64,000 nt of DNA from an uncultured Candidatus Saccharibacteria bacterium (GCA_964628585.1 CAZVMH010000001.1:210-64209); one strand, 5' to 3'. Shown: positions 19,043-29,168, numbered from the stretch's first letter. Notes: generated by a model not told the origin, from the sequence alone. Translations and numbers: made by a program.

Positions 19043-20293
19043 ATGAATTTAAAATCTACCGATCTAAAAGTATACAATATTATAAACAAAGAGGAAAAAA
19101 GGCAGAAAGAATGTCTCGAGATGATAGCTTCGGAAAATTTTGTATCCAAAGCTATTTTGGAGGCGACTGCATCTTTATTTACAAATAAATATTCTGAGGG
19201 TTACTCTGGAAAAAGATATTATGGTGGTCAAGAATTCACTGATGAAATTGAGGTTCTGGCTAAAGAGAGAGCGCTAAAGCTGTTTGATTTGAGTGATTCG
19301 AAGTGGCATGTTAATGTTCAACCATACTCTGGCTCCCCTGCCAATTTGGAAGTGTTTTTTGCTCTTTTGAACATTGGAGATACGGTAATGGGCATGAACC
19401 TGTCGGAGGGTGGGCACCTAACCCATGGACACAAGGTAAACTTTTCAGGAAAATCATATAATTTCGTTCAATATGGTCTCGGACCGGATGGCAGAATTGA
19501 TTATAATCAGATAGAAGAGATAGCCAAAAAATACAAGCCGAAACTCATTATCTCTGGCGCAACCGCTTATCCAAGAATTATCGACTTTAAGAAATTTAAT
19601 AAAATTGCAAAATCAGTCGGTGCAGTTCATATGGCAGACATCTCGCACATTGCTGGACTTGTTGCGGGTGGCATCCACCCTTCGCCGTTTTCTGACGTTG
19701 ATGTTGTAACTACAACAACCCACAAGACTCTTCGCGGTCCAAGAGGTGCAATCATCATCTGCAAAAAAGAATTAGCTGAAAAGATTGATAAAGCAGTTTT
19801 TCCTGGTATGCAGGGTGGCCCTCATGTGAATACCATAGCTGCCAAAGCAGTTGCTTTTAAAGAGGCAATGCGACCAGAATTTAAAAAATATACTCAAGAT
19901 ATTTTGGATAATATGCAATGTTTTGCAAAGACATTACAATCATTTGATTTTGATCTGATTTCTGGTGGGACGGATAATCATTTAGTTTTAGTTGATCTCC
20001 AGAATAAAAACATTACAGGAAAAGATTTTGAGGATTTGCTTGGCAGTGTTGGAATAGTTGTTAATAAAAATTCTGTTCCTGGAGATCCAAAGTCTCCAAT
20101 GGTAACTTCTGGCATTCGAGTTGGCGTGTCGGCCCTAACTTCTCGTCGCATGACAATTATTGAAATGCAAAGGATCGCCGAACTTTTTAACAAGACACTT
20201 GATAATAAAGATAACAAAAAAGAATTAAATGAAGTGGCAAAAGAAGTAAAGGCGATGGCAACAAAATTTCCACTGCCAGGAATTGATTTATAA
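19043..20293 (+). CDS. glyA: Serine hydroxymethyltransferase
   Basis: 'LEMIASENFVS', 'YSEGYSGKRYYGG', and PLP-lysine region 'TTTTHKTLRGPRGA'. Confidence 0.95.
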   Translation: MNLKSTDLKVYNIINKEEKRQKECLEMIASENFVSKAILEATASLFTNKYSEGYSGKRYYGGQEFTDEIEVLAKERALKLFDLSDSKWHVNVQPYSGSPANLEVFFALLNIGDTVMGMNLSEGGHLTHGHKVNFSGKSYNFVQYGLGPDGRIDYNQIEEIAKKYKPKLIISGATAYPRIIDFKKFNKIAKSVGAVHMADISHIAGLVAGGIHPSPFSDVDVVTTTTHKTLRGPRGAIIICKKELAEKIDKAVFPGMQGGPHVNTIAAKAVAFKEAMRPEFKKYTQDILDNMQCFAKTLQSFDFDLISGGTDNHLVLVDLQNKNITGKDFEDLLGSVGIVVNKNSVPGDPKSPMVTSGIRVGVSALTSRRMTIIEMQRIAELFNKTLDNKDNKKELNEVAKEVKAMATKFPLPGIDL

Positions 20294-20310
20294 TTTCAAT
20301 TGGAGGAGAA

Positions 20311-20850
20311 ATGATTGTAGGTGTAACTGGATATCTAGCCTCTGGCAAAGACACTGTTGCTGATTTTCTGATCAAAAAAGGATACAATCATTATTCTCTT
20401 TCCGATGAAATCAGATCAGAGTTAAAAGATCGTAATATCGAGAGTACACGTGAAAACCAACAAAGAGTTGCCAACGAATTACGAAAGAATTTTGGGCCAG
20501 AATACCTTGCTAAAAAAGTAATGAAAAAGGCGAAAGAACCAGCTGTCGTGACAAGTATTCGTAACATTGGAGAAGTTGAATATCTTAAAAATAACGGCAT
20601 GAAATTGATTTTTGTCGATGCTCCAATAAAAATACGATACGATAGAAGTATTAATCGCAAAAGAGAAGGCGAGGAAATTTTATCCTTTGAGCAATTTAAG
20701 GCTCAGGAAGATTTTGAAAAAAGTAAAGAAATTAACTCACAGCAGTTACAACTAGTAGCCGAATTGGCAGACTACACTATTCTCAACGAGGGAACACTCA
20801 AAGAGTTACATGAGAAAATTGATAAAATTATGAAAGAAATGAATGCCTAA
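20311..20850 (+). CDS. P-loop nucleotide kinase (dNMP-kinase-like / dephospho-CoA-kinase-like)
   Basis: 179 aa. 'GVTGYLASGKDTVADF' P-loop, and 'VDAPIKIRYDRSINRK' lid-like segment. Overlaps the dCMP deaminase gene by 8 nt. Confidence 0.55.
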   Translation: MIVGVTGYLASGKDTVADFLIKKGYNHYSLSDEIRSELKDRNIESTRENQQRVANELRKNFGPEYLAKKVMKKAKEPAVVTSIRNIGEVEYLKNNGMKLIFVDAPIKIRYDRSINRKREGEEILSFEQFKAQEDFEKSKEINSQQLQLVAELADYTILNEGTLKELHEKIDKIMKEMNA

Positions 20851-21367
20851 AAAGATCGATTTAAAAGAATTAACCACAACAGATAAAAGAAAAACCACAC
20901 GGCCCGATATTGATACATATTTTCTTAAGATGGCAACGGTGGTGTCGGAGCGGGCTACTTGTCGTCGACACAGTGTTGGAGCTGTTTTAGTCAAAGATAA
21001 GATTGTTATTTCAACAGGGTATAATGGTGCACCAAAGTGTGCAAAGGATTGTTTTGAAAAAGGATGTCTTCGTGATGAGCTGGGAATCAAAAGTGGCGAA
21101 AAACATGAAGTTTGTAGAGCAGTTCATGCTGAACAGAATGCTATTATTCAGGCTTCTAGCAAAGGCATGGCCACGACTGAATCGACAATGTATTGTACTC
21201 ATACACCCTGTAATATTTGTGCCAAGATGATGGCAAATGCTGGGATAAAAAAAGTTGTAGTTTTTGAAAAATATGCCTGTAATTCTTTTAGAAAATTATT
21301 TGATGAATTAAATATTAAAATAAAGTTTCTTCCAAAACCAAAAGGAATAATTGATTTTTATGAGTAG
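20843..21367 (+). CDS. Deoxycytidylate (dCMP) deaminase
   Basis: Zinc motifs 'HAEQNAI' and 'PCNICAKMM'. 174 aa. Confidence 0.85.
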   Translation: MPKKIDLKELTTTDKRKTTRPDIDTYFLKMATVVSERATCRRHSVGAVLVKDKIVISTGYNGAPKCAKDCFEKGCLRDELGIKSGEKHEVCRAVHAEQNAIIQASSKGMATTESTMYCTHTPCNICAKMMANAGIKKVVVFEKYACNSFRKLFDELNIKIKFLPKPKGIIDFYE

Positions 21368-21439
21368 TGGATTGTGTTAATCTCTATGATTTAACAATTA
21401 TTTTTGATATGCTGTAAAGGTAATAACAAGAAAGGCAGA

Positions 21440-23191
21440 ATGGAAAAAAAATTAAATATTGAAACTGTTCGCCATTCACTAAGCCACATTCTGGCGGCAG
21501 TTGTTTTGGAAATGTATCCAAAGGCTAAACTCGGAATTGGACCAGCCATTGAAAATGGTTTTTATTATGATTTTGATTTAGAAAAAAGCTTAACCCCTGA
21601 CGATATTGAAAAAATTCATAAAAAGATGATTCATATGCTTGTGAACGATTATAAATTTGTGAAGAGATTAGTAAAAAAAGCTGAAGCGATCAAATATCTA
21701 AAAAGCATGAATCAATCATACAAAGTCAAATTGGCAGAAGAGCTAAAGAATGACGAAGTTAGTTTTTATGATCTTATCGACGAAAAAACTGGCAAAGTAA
21801 TTTTTACTGATATGTGTGCTGGCCCTCATATTGATTCAACAAAAACTCTTGAAGAAATTGGCCTCGGCTTCAATCGAATCGCCGGTGCTTACTGGAAGGG
21901 GAGCGAAAAGAATAAAATGCTTCAGAGAATATATTTTTATGCTTTTTCTTCAATAAAAGAAATGACAGATTTTAGAGCGTTTCTAGATGAAGCAGAAAAA
22001 AGAGACCACCGTAAGTTGGGGAAGGAACTTGATTTATTTGTCTTTTCAGACTTAGTTGGTCCGGGTCTTCCTTTATACACTCCCAAGGGCACAATAATCA
22101 AAGACGAGTTACAGAAAAAAGTTGAAGGTATCTGCAGGCGATATGGCTTTCAAAAAGTTAGTTGTCCTTCTTTAGCAAAGATAGAGCTGTTTAAAATTTC
22201 CGGCCATGCGGACAAGTTCGGGGATGAACTTTTTAGGGTAAGCTCAAAAAGTGGTTTAGATTTAGTACTTAAGCCTGTGCAATGTCCGCATCAAACTCAA
22301 ATTTATGCTTCAAAGATAAGGTCTTATCGGGACCTGCCAATCCGCTATATGGAGTCAGATAAACAATATCGAGCCGAAAAAACAGGAGAAGTTGGGGGGC
22401 TATCTCGTGTATTCGCGATTACAGTCGAAGATGGTCATTCTTTTTGTAGGATTGATCAGGTTAAGGATGAGGTCACGAATATGGTAAAAATCATTAAAGA
22501 CTTCTATTCTGAATTGGGGATGTGGGGCAATCATCAAGTTTCCTTATCGGTTAGAGATTATGCACATCCAGAAAAATATATTGGTGATGAAAAAGATTGG
22601 AATCATGCCGAAAAGATGTTGGAAGAAATTACTGATGAAATGAAACTTGGGGCAGTTAAACATGAAGGGGAAGCAGCTCTATATGGCCCAAAGATTGATT
22701 TTATGTTTAAAGATGCTATGGGTCGTGATATTCAAATTCCTACGGTACAGCTGGACTTTGCAACGCCAAAAAGATTTGGTTTGACCTATGTAAATGAGGA
22801 AGGGAAAGACACTGCACCGGTAATGGTCCATCGTGCAATTCTCGGTTCGTACGAACGGTTCATTGCCTTACTGATTGAGCATTTTAGCGGCGCTTTCCCA
22901 ATTTGGCTTGCGCCAGTCCAAGCAATCGTTTTGCCAATATCTTCCGACAAACATTTAGAATATTCTGAAAAAATTGTCGCAGAGTTAAAAGAAAAAGGTA
23001 TCAGGATTGAAATCGATGGACGCAATGAATCGGTCGGTAAGAAGATCCGTGAAGCCGAAATGCAAAAAATACCATACATGATAATTATCGGAGACAAAGA
23101 AATCTCCGCCAAAAAAGTAGCTCTCCGAAAATACGGCGAAGGTGATAGAGGACAAATTGATATAGATACACTGATAAAAGAAATTTGTTGA
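21440..23191 (+). CDS. thrS: Threonyl-tRNA synthetase
   Basis: About 583 aa from MEKKLN. 'HRKLGKELDLF', class II catalytic core, and C-terminal anticodon-binding domain. The ORF track starts 12 codons earlier, at 21404. Confidence 0.9.
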   Translation: MEKKLNIETVRHSLSHILAAVVLEMYPKAKLGIGPAIENGFYYDFDLEKSLTPDDIEKIHKKMIHMLVNDYKFVKRLVKKAEAIKYLKSMNQSYKVKLAEELKNDEVSFYDLIDEKTGKVIFTDMCAGPHIDSTKTLEEIGLGFNRIAGAYWKGSEKNKMLQRIYFYAFSSIKEMTDFRAFLDEAEKRDHRKLGKELDLFVFSDLVGPGLPLYTPKGTIIKDELQKKVEGICRRYGFQKVSCPSLAKIELFKISGHADKFGDELFRVSSKSGLDLVLKPVQCPHQTQIYASKIRSYRDLPIRYMESDKQYRAEKTGEVGGLSRVFAITVEDGHSFCRIDQVKDEVTNMVKIIKDFYSELGMWGNHQVSLSVRDYAHPEKYIGDEKDWNHAEKMLEEITDEMKLGAVKHEGEAALYGPKIDFMFKDAMGRDIQIPTVQLDFATPKRFGLTYVNEEGKDTAPVMVHRAILGSYERFIALLIEHFSGAFPIWLAPVQAIVLPISSDKHLEYSEKIVAELKEKGIRIEIDGRNESVGKKIREAEMQKIPYMIIIGDKEISAKKVALRKYGEGDRGQIDIDTLIKEIC

Positions 23192-23199
23192 AAAGTGAT

Positions 23200-23229
23200 G
23201 AGCCCTAGCTTGCATGCAAGCTAGGGCTC
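23200..23229 (+). terminator. 30-nt perfect palindrome GAGCCCTAGCTTGCA|TGCAAGCTAGGGCTC, 9 nt after the thrS stop
   Basis: The two 15-nt arms are exact reverse complements with no spacer. Followed by TTCTGATACT, a weak U-tract. Confidence 0.5.
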
Positions 23230-23584
23230 TTCTGATACTAAAGCGACGGGTCGCTCTCACTTTACGGTACTGGTGGCATCCGTCTTCTGATCTCTGCGCC
23301 GATGTCGCCGGGTTTTTTTTGCATCCGACGGCCACAGTGTACGCACTGATCGCCAGGCTTTCTACCTCCCGAAGGCCGTTCTCGAAATTCATGTCTTCCC
23401 GTACCAGAAGGATTCTCAGTACAATCATCCATTGTGTGAACATTGCACCCGATTTCACCGTCTGGTACTTTCATCCAAATGATTCCTCTTTTTCTGGTCA
23501 CTGTCATCTGTACATCACCCCCAACATAAAGATGCTACATATTAAGTGTAAAGTCAAATAAAAAATAACCCACATTTTTTGGGA

Positions 23585-24586
23585 CTATTTTTTATTTGCT
23601 AAACTGTTAATCTCTCTCCAGCGGTGTTGTTTCTCTGACCAAGGAATGGGATCACCAAACTTGAATGAGGTAGTGCCTTCGCGCGGAGAATATTTGTTGG
23701 CAAAGACCCAATAAAATCCAACATTCTTTATTAAATTTTTTGTTTCTAGAAAATCCTCTTCTGTTTCGCCGGGGAATCCGACGATTATATCCGTCGAAAT
23801 TCTGATACGCGGAATTGACTTTTTAATTTTGTCGATCAGCTCTATGTATTGTTCTTTTGTGTAAGGTCGATTCATCGCCTTTAATATTTTATTACTTCCA
23901 GATTGCAATGGGAGGTGAATTTCTTTTTTAACTTTTGGTAAGTCAGCAATTGCCTTAATAATGTCGTTGCTCATATCTTTGGGGTGGTTAGAAGTAAATG
24001 AGATTTGAAAGTCGCCTGGTATATCATTCAATGTTTTTAAAAGGCGTGCAAAATCATATTCATAACTATTCACATTCTGGCCCAACAGTGTAATTTCTTT
24101 GTGACCAGCTTTTACAAGTTTTTTAAATTCTTTAACAATTTGATCAAAGTCACGAGATCTCTCCCGTCCTTTTGTGTAAGGGACAACGCAATATGAGCAA
24201 AAGTTATTACATCCAGACATAATCGGCAAATATGCTGAAGCAGAGAAATCAGAATATGATAGTTTTTTAAATGAAGGCAAAATCTTTTTTAATTCATCGA
24301 GATCATTAATATCACAAAAAATCGCTCCCCTTGCTTCTATTTTATTTTTATCTTTTGGGAGAAGACAACCGGAAATCATTACCTTTTTTTGGTCTTCACG
24401 CCAATTTTTAACTTTGCCTAGCAAACGATCAACAGCACTTTTGCGGACAGAACAAGAAATGGCAAAAATTAGATCGGCTTCTTTTTCATCTGATGGAATT
24501 AAGCCGTTTTTTGTGAGTAGATAATCGAGTCTGGCACCATCCCATTCGTTATATTGGCAGCCAAAAACTTTAATATAGTATTTCAT
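23585..24586 (-). CDS. Radical-SAM methylthiotransferase, MiaB/MtaB family (short form, no obvious TRAM domain)
   Basis: MTTase N-domain 'IKVFGCQYNEWD' and radical SAM 'MSGCNNFCSYCVVPYTKGRERSR'. 333 aa. Confidence 0.8.
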   Translation of the reverse strand: MKYYIKVFGCQYNEWDGARLDYLLTKNGLIPSDEKEADLIFAISCSVRKSAVDRLLGKVKNWREDQKKVMISGCLLPKDKNKIEARGAIFCDINDLDELKKILPSFKKLSYSDFSASAYLPIMSGCNNFCSYCVVPYTKGRERSRDFDQIVKEFKKLVKAGHKEITLLGQNVNSYEYDFARLLKTLNDIPGDFQISFTSNHPKDMSNDIIKAIADLPKVKKEIHLPLQSGSNKILKAMNRPYTKEQYIELIDKIKKSIPRIRISTDIIVGFPGETEEDFLETKNLIKNVGFYWVFANKYSPREGTTSFKFGDPIPWSEKQHRWREINSLANKK

Positions 24587-24587
24587 A

Positions 24588-25685
24588 TTGCTATTTAATT
24601 ATTATGCAATAGATATTATCATAAAAATGTATTCAAAAATAGTGTCGGGAGAGAATATGTCAGAAAAAGTACGAGATATATATTTTGATCAACTTAGAGG
24701 AATCGCAATCATAGCTATTGTGGCGATTCATGTCTCAAGTGTAATTTTTAATATTAATTCAGCCGACAAAGCAAACTTCTCATTTTTATTTAACTACAGA
24801 CAGCTATTAAATTTTGCTGTCCCTCTATTTATTTTTGTTTCTGGCTATTTTATGGCGAAAAAAGATGTTTCAAATAGTAAAAAGTATAAATCATTCATTT
24901 TTAAACGGGCAAGTAAAATTCTTATACCTTATGCAATTTATACTTCTATATTTATTATTATTGATTATCATAGTGGGGAAGACATTTCTTTAAAAACAAT
25001 TACGAGAAATTTCTTAACAGGGGATGTTGTCTCACCATATTACTTTTTCATATTAATTTTCCAGTATTATTTGCTTTTACCATTGCTTCAAAAAATAAAT
25101 AGTTCTAAAGGTTTAATAATATCAATCATAATAAACATTCTGTATTTTGTTTTTTTATATATGTATAGAGTAAATTCGTATTATGACATTTCTAATCTTA
25201 ATTATGCTACTATTTTTCTAGCTTGGATCTTCTTTTATCAATATGGTCTTTATTGTGGGAAGTACGGTGCACCAAAAAAATCTGTTATTTTTTTGGTGCT
25301 GTTAGCAATATCAATCATACTTATTCTTATTGAATCTGCGTTTTGGATGACTCACAAGCAACTTGTTTCTTTTGCAATTTCACAATTGCGTATTAGCTCT
25401 TTTATTTATTCCCTATGTTTAATAAATGTACTTGTTTCTTACAGGTTTTTTTACCTCAAATTTTTATCAAGTATTGGTTTGGTTTCTTTTGGAATATTTT
25501 TAACGCATATGTTTTTATTGCTGTATTTACTAAAACCACTAACAGAAAATCAATTATTATTTAGTATTCAACCTCTATATCAAGTAATTATTTTATTTGT
25601 TATTATTTTCATAAATTATCTTGTTATACGTTTCCTACAAATATTGTTACCAAAGAAAATAAATCAAATACTGGGTTTTTTATAG
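24588..25685 (+). CDS. Acyltransferase family 3 (OafA-like) membrane protein
   Basis: 'RDIYFDQLRGIAIIAIVAIHV' AT3 N-terminal motif and about 10 TM helices. The true start is probably an internal Met (24627 or 24657), because 24588 abuts the divergent mtaB start. Confidence 0.65.
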   Translation: MLFNYYAIDIIIKMYSKIVSGENMSEKVRDIYFDQLRGIAIIAIVAIHVSSVIFNINSADKANFSFLFNYRQLLNFAVPLFIFVSGYFMAKKDVSNSKKYKSFIFKRASKILIPYAIYTSIFIIIDYHSGEDISLKTITRNFLTGDVVSPYYFFILIFQYYLLLPLLQKINSSKGLIISIIINILYFVFLYMYRVNSYYDISNLNYATIFLAWIFFYQYGLYCGKYGAPKKSVIFLVLLAISIILILIESAFWMTHKQLVSFAISQLRISSFIYSLCLINVLVSYRFFYLKFLSSIGLVSFGIFLTHMFLLLYLLKPLTENQLLFSIQPLYQVIILFVIIFINYLVIRFLQILLPKKINQILGFL

Positions 25686-25709
25686 AGATTAATCTAAGTT
25701 ATGTCATAC

Positions 25710-25736
25710 AAAAAATGCCCGAGTAGGCATTTTTTG
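25710..25736. terminator. Bidirectional terminator AAAAA-ATGCCcgagtaGGCAT-TTTTT
   Basis: Located between the convergent AT3 (+) and rplY (-) genes. Confidence 0.55.
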
Positions 25737-25760
25737 ATATAAACAAAATTGTTTAGGTGT

Positions 25761-26453
25761 TTATTCTTTCTCTTCTTTTTTCTCTTCAGTTGCAGGCTCT
25801 GCACCTTCTTCACCTTCAGCTGAGACTTCCTCGCCCTTATGTTCCAATTCAACAGCGGATACATCCTCAACAACTTCAGTCTCCAGTTCGGCAAGTTCTT
25901 CTTCACTTCTTGGTTCTTCAACATGTGCAACCACTTCTTCTGCTTCGTCCAAAACTTCAATTCCAGCAGGAAGTTTAAGGTCTGAAATTCTAATGTCTTT
26001 CTCAAAATCATCTAGCCCAGAAATATTGACTTCAAGTTCAGAGATAAGATCGCCAGGCAAACACTCTACTTCAATAGAGTCTTTTGGAATAATAAGGGTA
26101 CCTTCTTGCTCAATTACAGCAACAGAATCGCCAACAAATTTCAAAGGAATTTCTGCATGAATTTTCTCTTTCATGTTTACTTTAAAGAAGTCAACATGAA
26201 GAATTCTAGAATTAATTGGATCAACTTGTACTTCATGAACAAGGGTGTTAAATGCGCCTTTGCCATCAATTTCCAAATTAATAAGGTTAGAAGTGCCTGC
26301 TTCTTTAAATAATTTCTGAAAAGAAATTTTCTCTAAAGCAATATTTTCATTCTTAAAATCTTTTCCATAAACAACAGCCGGAATAAACCCATCTTTTCTG
26401 GTTGTGTTTGGTTTGCCTTCTCGAGAAGTAGCTTTTAATTTAAAATCTGTCAT
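25761..26453 (-). CDS. rplY: 50S ribosomal protein L25 / general stress protein Ctc, with acidic C-terminal tail
   Basis: 'KLKATSREGKPNTTRKDGFIPAVVYGK...' L25 fold. Glu-rich tail. Confidence 0.9.
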   Translation of the reverse strand: MTDFKLKATSREGKPNTTRKDGFIPAVVYGKDFKNENIALEKISFQKLFKEAGTSNLINLEIDGKGAFNTLVHEVQVDPINSRILHVDFFKVNMKEKIHAEIPLKFVGDSVAVIEQEGTLIIPKDSIEVECLPGDLISELEVNISGLDDFEKDIRISDLKLPAGIEVLDEAEEVVAHVEEPRSEEELAELETEVVEDVSAVELEHKGEEVSAEGEEGAEPATEEKKEEKE

Positions 26454-26765
26454 TTACTTTCCTGTTTTCTTTCCTAAAAATAATTTATCAAATCCACCGG
26501 GAAACTTTTCTAAAAATTCGAATGTGGCCAGAACGTCATTGTTGTCAACTTGTACCTTTGAGGATTTCTCTTCTAGCTTTGAGGGAGTAAGAGCGACTGT
26601 TGCCAAGACCGGCATATGATCTTTACAAGAAAGTTCTAGAAAAACAATAAATTCAGCAGTACCGCGAATTTTAATCTGGTCAAAATTATATTCACTCCCA
26701 CATTGTGGACAACGAATATTTTTCTTAACCGTTTTTAAAAGATTGAACAAATCTTTATGATTCAT
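26454..26765 (-). CDS. Hypothetical protein with N-terminal Cys motif (CPQCG…C)
   Basis: 103 aa. Abuts the rplY start with no gap, so probably co-transcribed. Confidence 0.4.
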   Translation of the reverse strand: MNHKDLFNLLKTVKKNIRCPQCGSEYNFDQIKIRGTAEFIVFLELSCKDHMPVLATVALTPSKLEEKSSKVQVDNNDVLATFEFLEKFPGGFDKLFLGKKTGK

Positions 26766-26824
26766 AAAACTTACCTTATTATATCTTAAATCATTACCAA
26801 AATCAAGGCTGAGCCTTAAGTATA

Positions 26825-28822
26825 TTATAACATGCTTTCGAGACCAGCAATTTGATCGCGAAGTTCTGCCGCTCGCTCAAACTTTAATTCAGCTGCCACT
26901 TTGTGCATTTCAATGTTAAGATCGGCAATAACTTTTCTTTTCTCTTGTTTTGGCAATTTTTTAAATATTTTATCGATTTCATTGTAAGCTTCATCGGCTT
27001 TTGCCTCCTGTTTTTCCTTGACTGATTTAATGATGGTTTTTGGTGTAATATTATGTACTTTATTATATTTGCGTTGTAGCTTTCTTCTTTTCGTAGTTTC
27101 TTCAATTGCAATTCGCATCGACTCAGTAATATCGTCGGCATACATTATTACTTTGCCTTCTCTGTGTCTAGCGGCACGACCAATTGTCTGAATTAAGGAA
27201 GTTCTGCTTCGCAAAAACCCTTCTTTGTCGGCGTCAAGTATCGCTACCAGCGAAACTTCAGGTAGGTCAAGGCCTTCTCGCAAAAGATTAATTCCAACCA
27301 AAACATCATAGTCTCCTGCCCGCAATGAACGCAAAATCTCGATTCGCTCGAGTGTACCAACATCAGAGTGAATATAGGCGACTCGAATTTTTTTCTCGGC
27401 TAGGTATTCAGTCAAAGCCTCTGCCATTTTCTTAGTTAAAGTTGTGACTAGTACGCGTTGATTATTGGATGTGCGTTTCTCAATCTCTGAGACTAAATCA
27501 TCAATTTGACCCTTTGTCTTACGCACTTCAACTTCAGGGTCAAGTAACCCTGTAGGACGAATAAATTGTCGTATGACAGCATCATACTTTTTGGGTAAAT
27601 CGTCAACAATGTTGTGGGCCGAGCTTTTATCCAGTTCGTATTCGCTTGGTGTGGCTGTCGTAAAAATGACTTTATTAATTTTTTTATAGAACTCTTCGAA
27701 TTTTAACGGTCTATTATCAAAAGCTGACGGTAAACGGAATCCAAAATCGACCAGCTTTTCTTTTCTTGCTCTGTCTCCCGCGTGCATGGCCCCAATTTGC
27801 GGGACAGTGATGTGTGATTCGTCTATTACCATCAGAAAGTCTTTAGGAAAATAATCAATTAAAGTCGAAGAAACTTGTCCCGGCTTTCTGCCATCAAAAT
27901 ATCTTGAATAATTTTCAATTCCAGAGCAGAAACCTGTCTGCTCAATCATTTCTAGATCATAATTTGTTCTTTCTTCAATCCTTTGTGCTTCTAATAATTT
28001 ATTCTGTTTTCTAAATCTTGCGATCTGAATCTTTAAATCCCTACGAATTTTTTTAAGAGCTTCTTTCTGTAAGTTTTCCGGTGTAATGAAATGTTTTGCT
28101 GGGAAAAGTTCTAAGGATGCAATTTTTGATATGGTCTTGCCCGTTATCCAATCAATTTCAGATATTTCTTCGATTTCGTCACCAAAAAATTGAATTCTGT
28201 ATGTATTACTGGTGTAAGCAGGAAAGATCTCTAAAATTTCTCCTCTCAAAGAAAAAGTACCTCGTTTCAACTCCGTATCATTTCTGTCATAGTGCATTGC
28301 ACCTAAAGATTTTAAAATATTATTTCTTCGGTATTGTTTTTTTGTCTCAAGTAACAAATTCTCTGCAATATAAAATTCCGGTGAGCCAATACCATAAATA
28401 CAGGAAACGGAAGCGACGATAATGACATCTTTCCGTGTTAAAAGGGCGTGTGTAGCAGCATGACGAAGCCTGTCTATTTCGTCATTGATTGATGAATCTT
28501 TCTCTATATATGTATCAGAATGAGGAATATAGGCTTCAGGTTGATAATAGTCATAATATGAAACAAAATAATGTACAGCATTTTCAGGAAAAAATTCTCT
28601 AAACTCGTCTGCTAGTTGAGCGGCTAAAGTTTTGTTATGTGCAATAACGAGCGTTGGTTTACCTGCATTCTTAATCACATTGGCCATGGTAAAAGTTTTA
28701 CCAGAGCCGGTGACGCCCCAGAGAGTCTGATGTTTCACTCCTTTTATGAGATTGGAGGAAAGTTTTTTTATTGCTTCTGGCTGATCTCCAGTTGGGTTGA
28801 ATTTTGAATCGAGTTTGAACAT
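26825..28822 (-). CDS. uvrB: Excinuclease ABC subunit B
   Basis: 'GVTGSGKTFTMANVI', helicase motifs, and C-terminal UVR domain 'ERAAELRDQIAGLE'. Start taken at MFKLDSKF; the ORF track extends a further 46 codons to 28960. Confidence 0.9.
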   Translation of the reverse strand: MFKLDSKFNPTGDQPEAIKKLSSNLIKGVKHQTLWGVTGSGKTFTMANVIKNAGKPTLVIAHNKTLAAQLADEFREFFPENAVHYFVSYYDYYQPEAYIPHSDTYIEKDSSINDEIDRLRHAATHALLTRKDVIIVASVSCIYGIGSPEFYIAENLLLETKKQYRRNNILKSLGAMHYDRNDTELKRGTFSLRGEILEIFPAYTSNTYRIQFFGDEIEEISEIDWITGKTISKIASLELFPAKHFITPENLQKEALKKIRRDLKIQIARFRKQNKLLEAQRIEERTNYDLEMIEQTGFCSGIENYSRYFDGRKPGQVSSTLIDYFPKDFLMVIDESHITVPQIGAMHAGDRARKEKLVDFGFRLPSAFDNRPLKFEEFYKKINKVIFTTATPSEYELDKSSAHNIVDDLPKKYDAVIRQFIRPTGLLDPEVEVRKTKGQIDDLVSEIEKRTSNNQRVLVTTLTKKMAEALTEYLAEKKIRVAYIHSDVGTLERIEILRSLRAGDYDVLVGINLLREGLDLPEVSLVAILDADKEGFLRSRTSLIQTIGRAARHREGKVIMYADDITESMRIAIEETTKRRKLQRKYNKVHNITPKTIIKSVKEKQEAKADEAYNEIDKIFKKLPKQEKRKVIADLNIEMHKVAAELKFERAAELRDQIAGLESML

Positions 28823-29168
28823 TGTTTTGATATTGTAAAACATATTCACATATTGTGCAAGGGGCATTAATGTGATATATTCTTTTTTATGAAACGCCAA
28901 TATCCTGGTTGGCAGAAAGAGGGAAAAGCATTGACAGGTAAATTCCCAATGACAAGACATGGAGGTTGGTCGTGAGTATGAGGTTGTCGGATGTGCATGT
29001 TCATACCCGAAGGGATCAAAGCGGAGACCCCAGTGATTCCGCTATTCGAAAGATCGAGAAGAAAGAGCGCAAGGGAAGGTTCAGACGGAAGAGTAGACGT
29101 TCCGGACCACAGTATCTTCAGCAGCAGGCCAGTACTGCTTCTGCCTGACTGTGAGTCCAACAGAATTC

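Noticed and set aside
22985-23561. ORFs 22985..23458 (-), 23214..23561 (+) and 23262..23507 (-) as ordinary CDSs
   Set aside because: The first runs antisense into thrS. The others lie in the GC-rich island where long ORFs arise by chance, with Arg/Gly/Pro-rich translations. Only the SD-preceded 70-aa Cys-motif reading frame was kept, as a possibility in findings.
23192-23584. tmRNA (ssrA) or SRP RNA identity for the thrS-mtaB GC island
   Set aside because: No tRNA-like T-loop (GGTTCGA..CC) in either orientation. The 5' GGGGGTG has no complementary 3' acceptor strand. No Ala-tag reading frame ending in a stop. No GGAA-tetraloop/AGCAGCC SRP domain IV.
25694-26011. ORFs 25694..26011 (-) and 25757..25978 (+), Lys/Leu/Gln-rich
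   Set aside because: Out-of-frame or antisense readings of the GAA/GAG-rich acidic tail of rplY.
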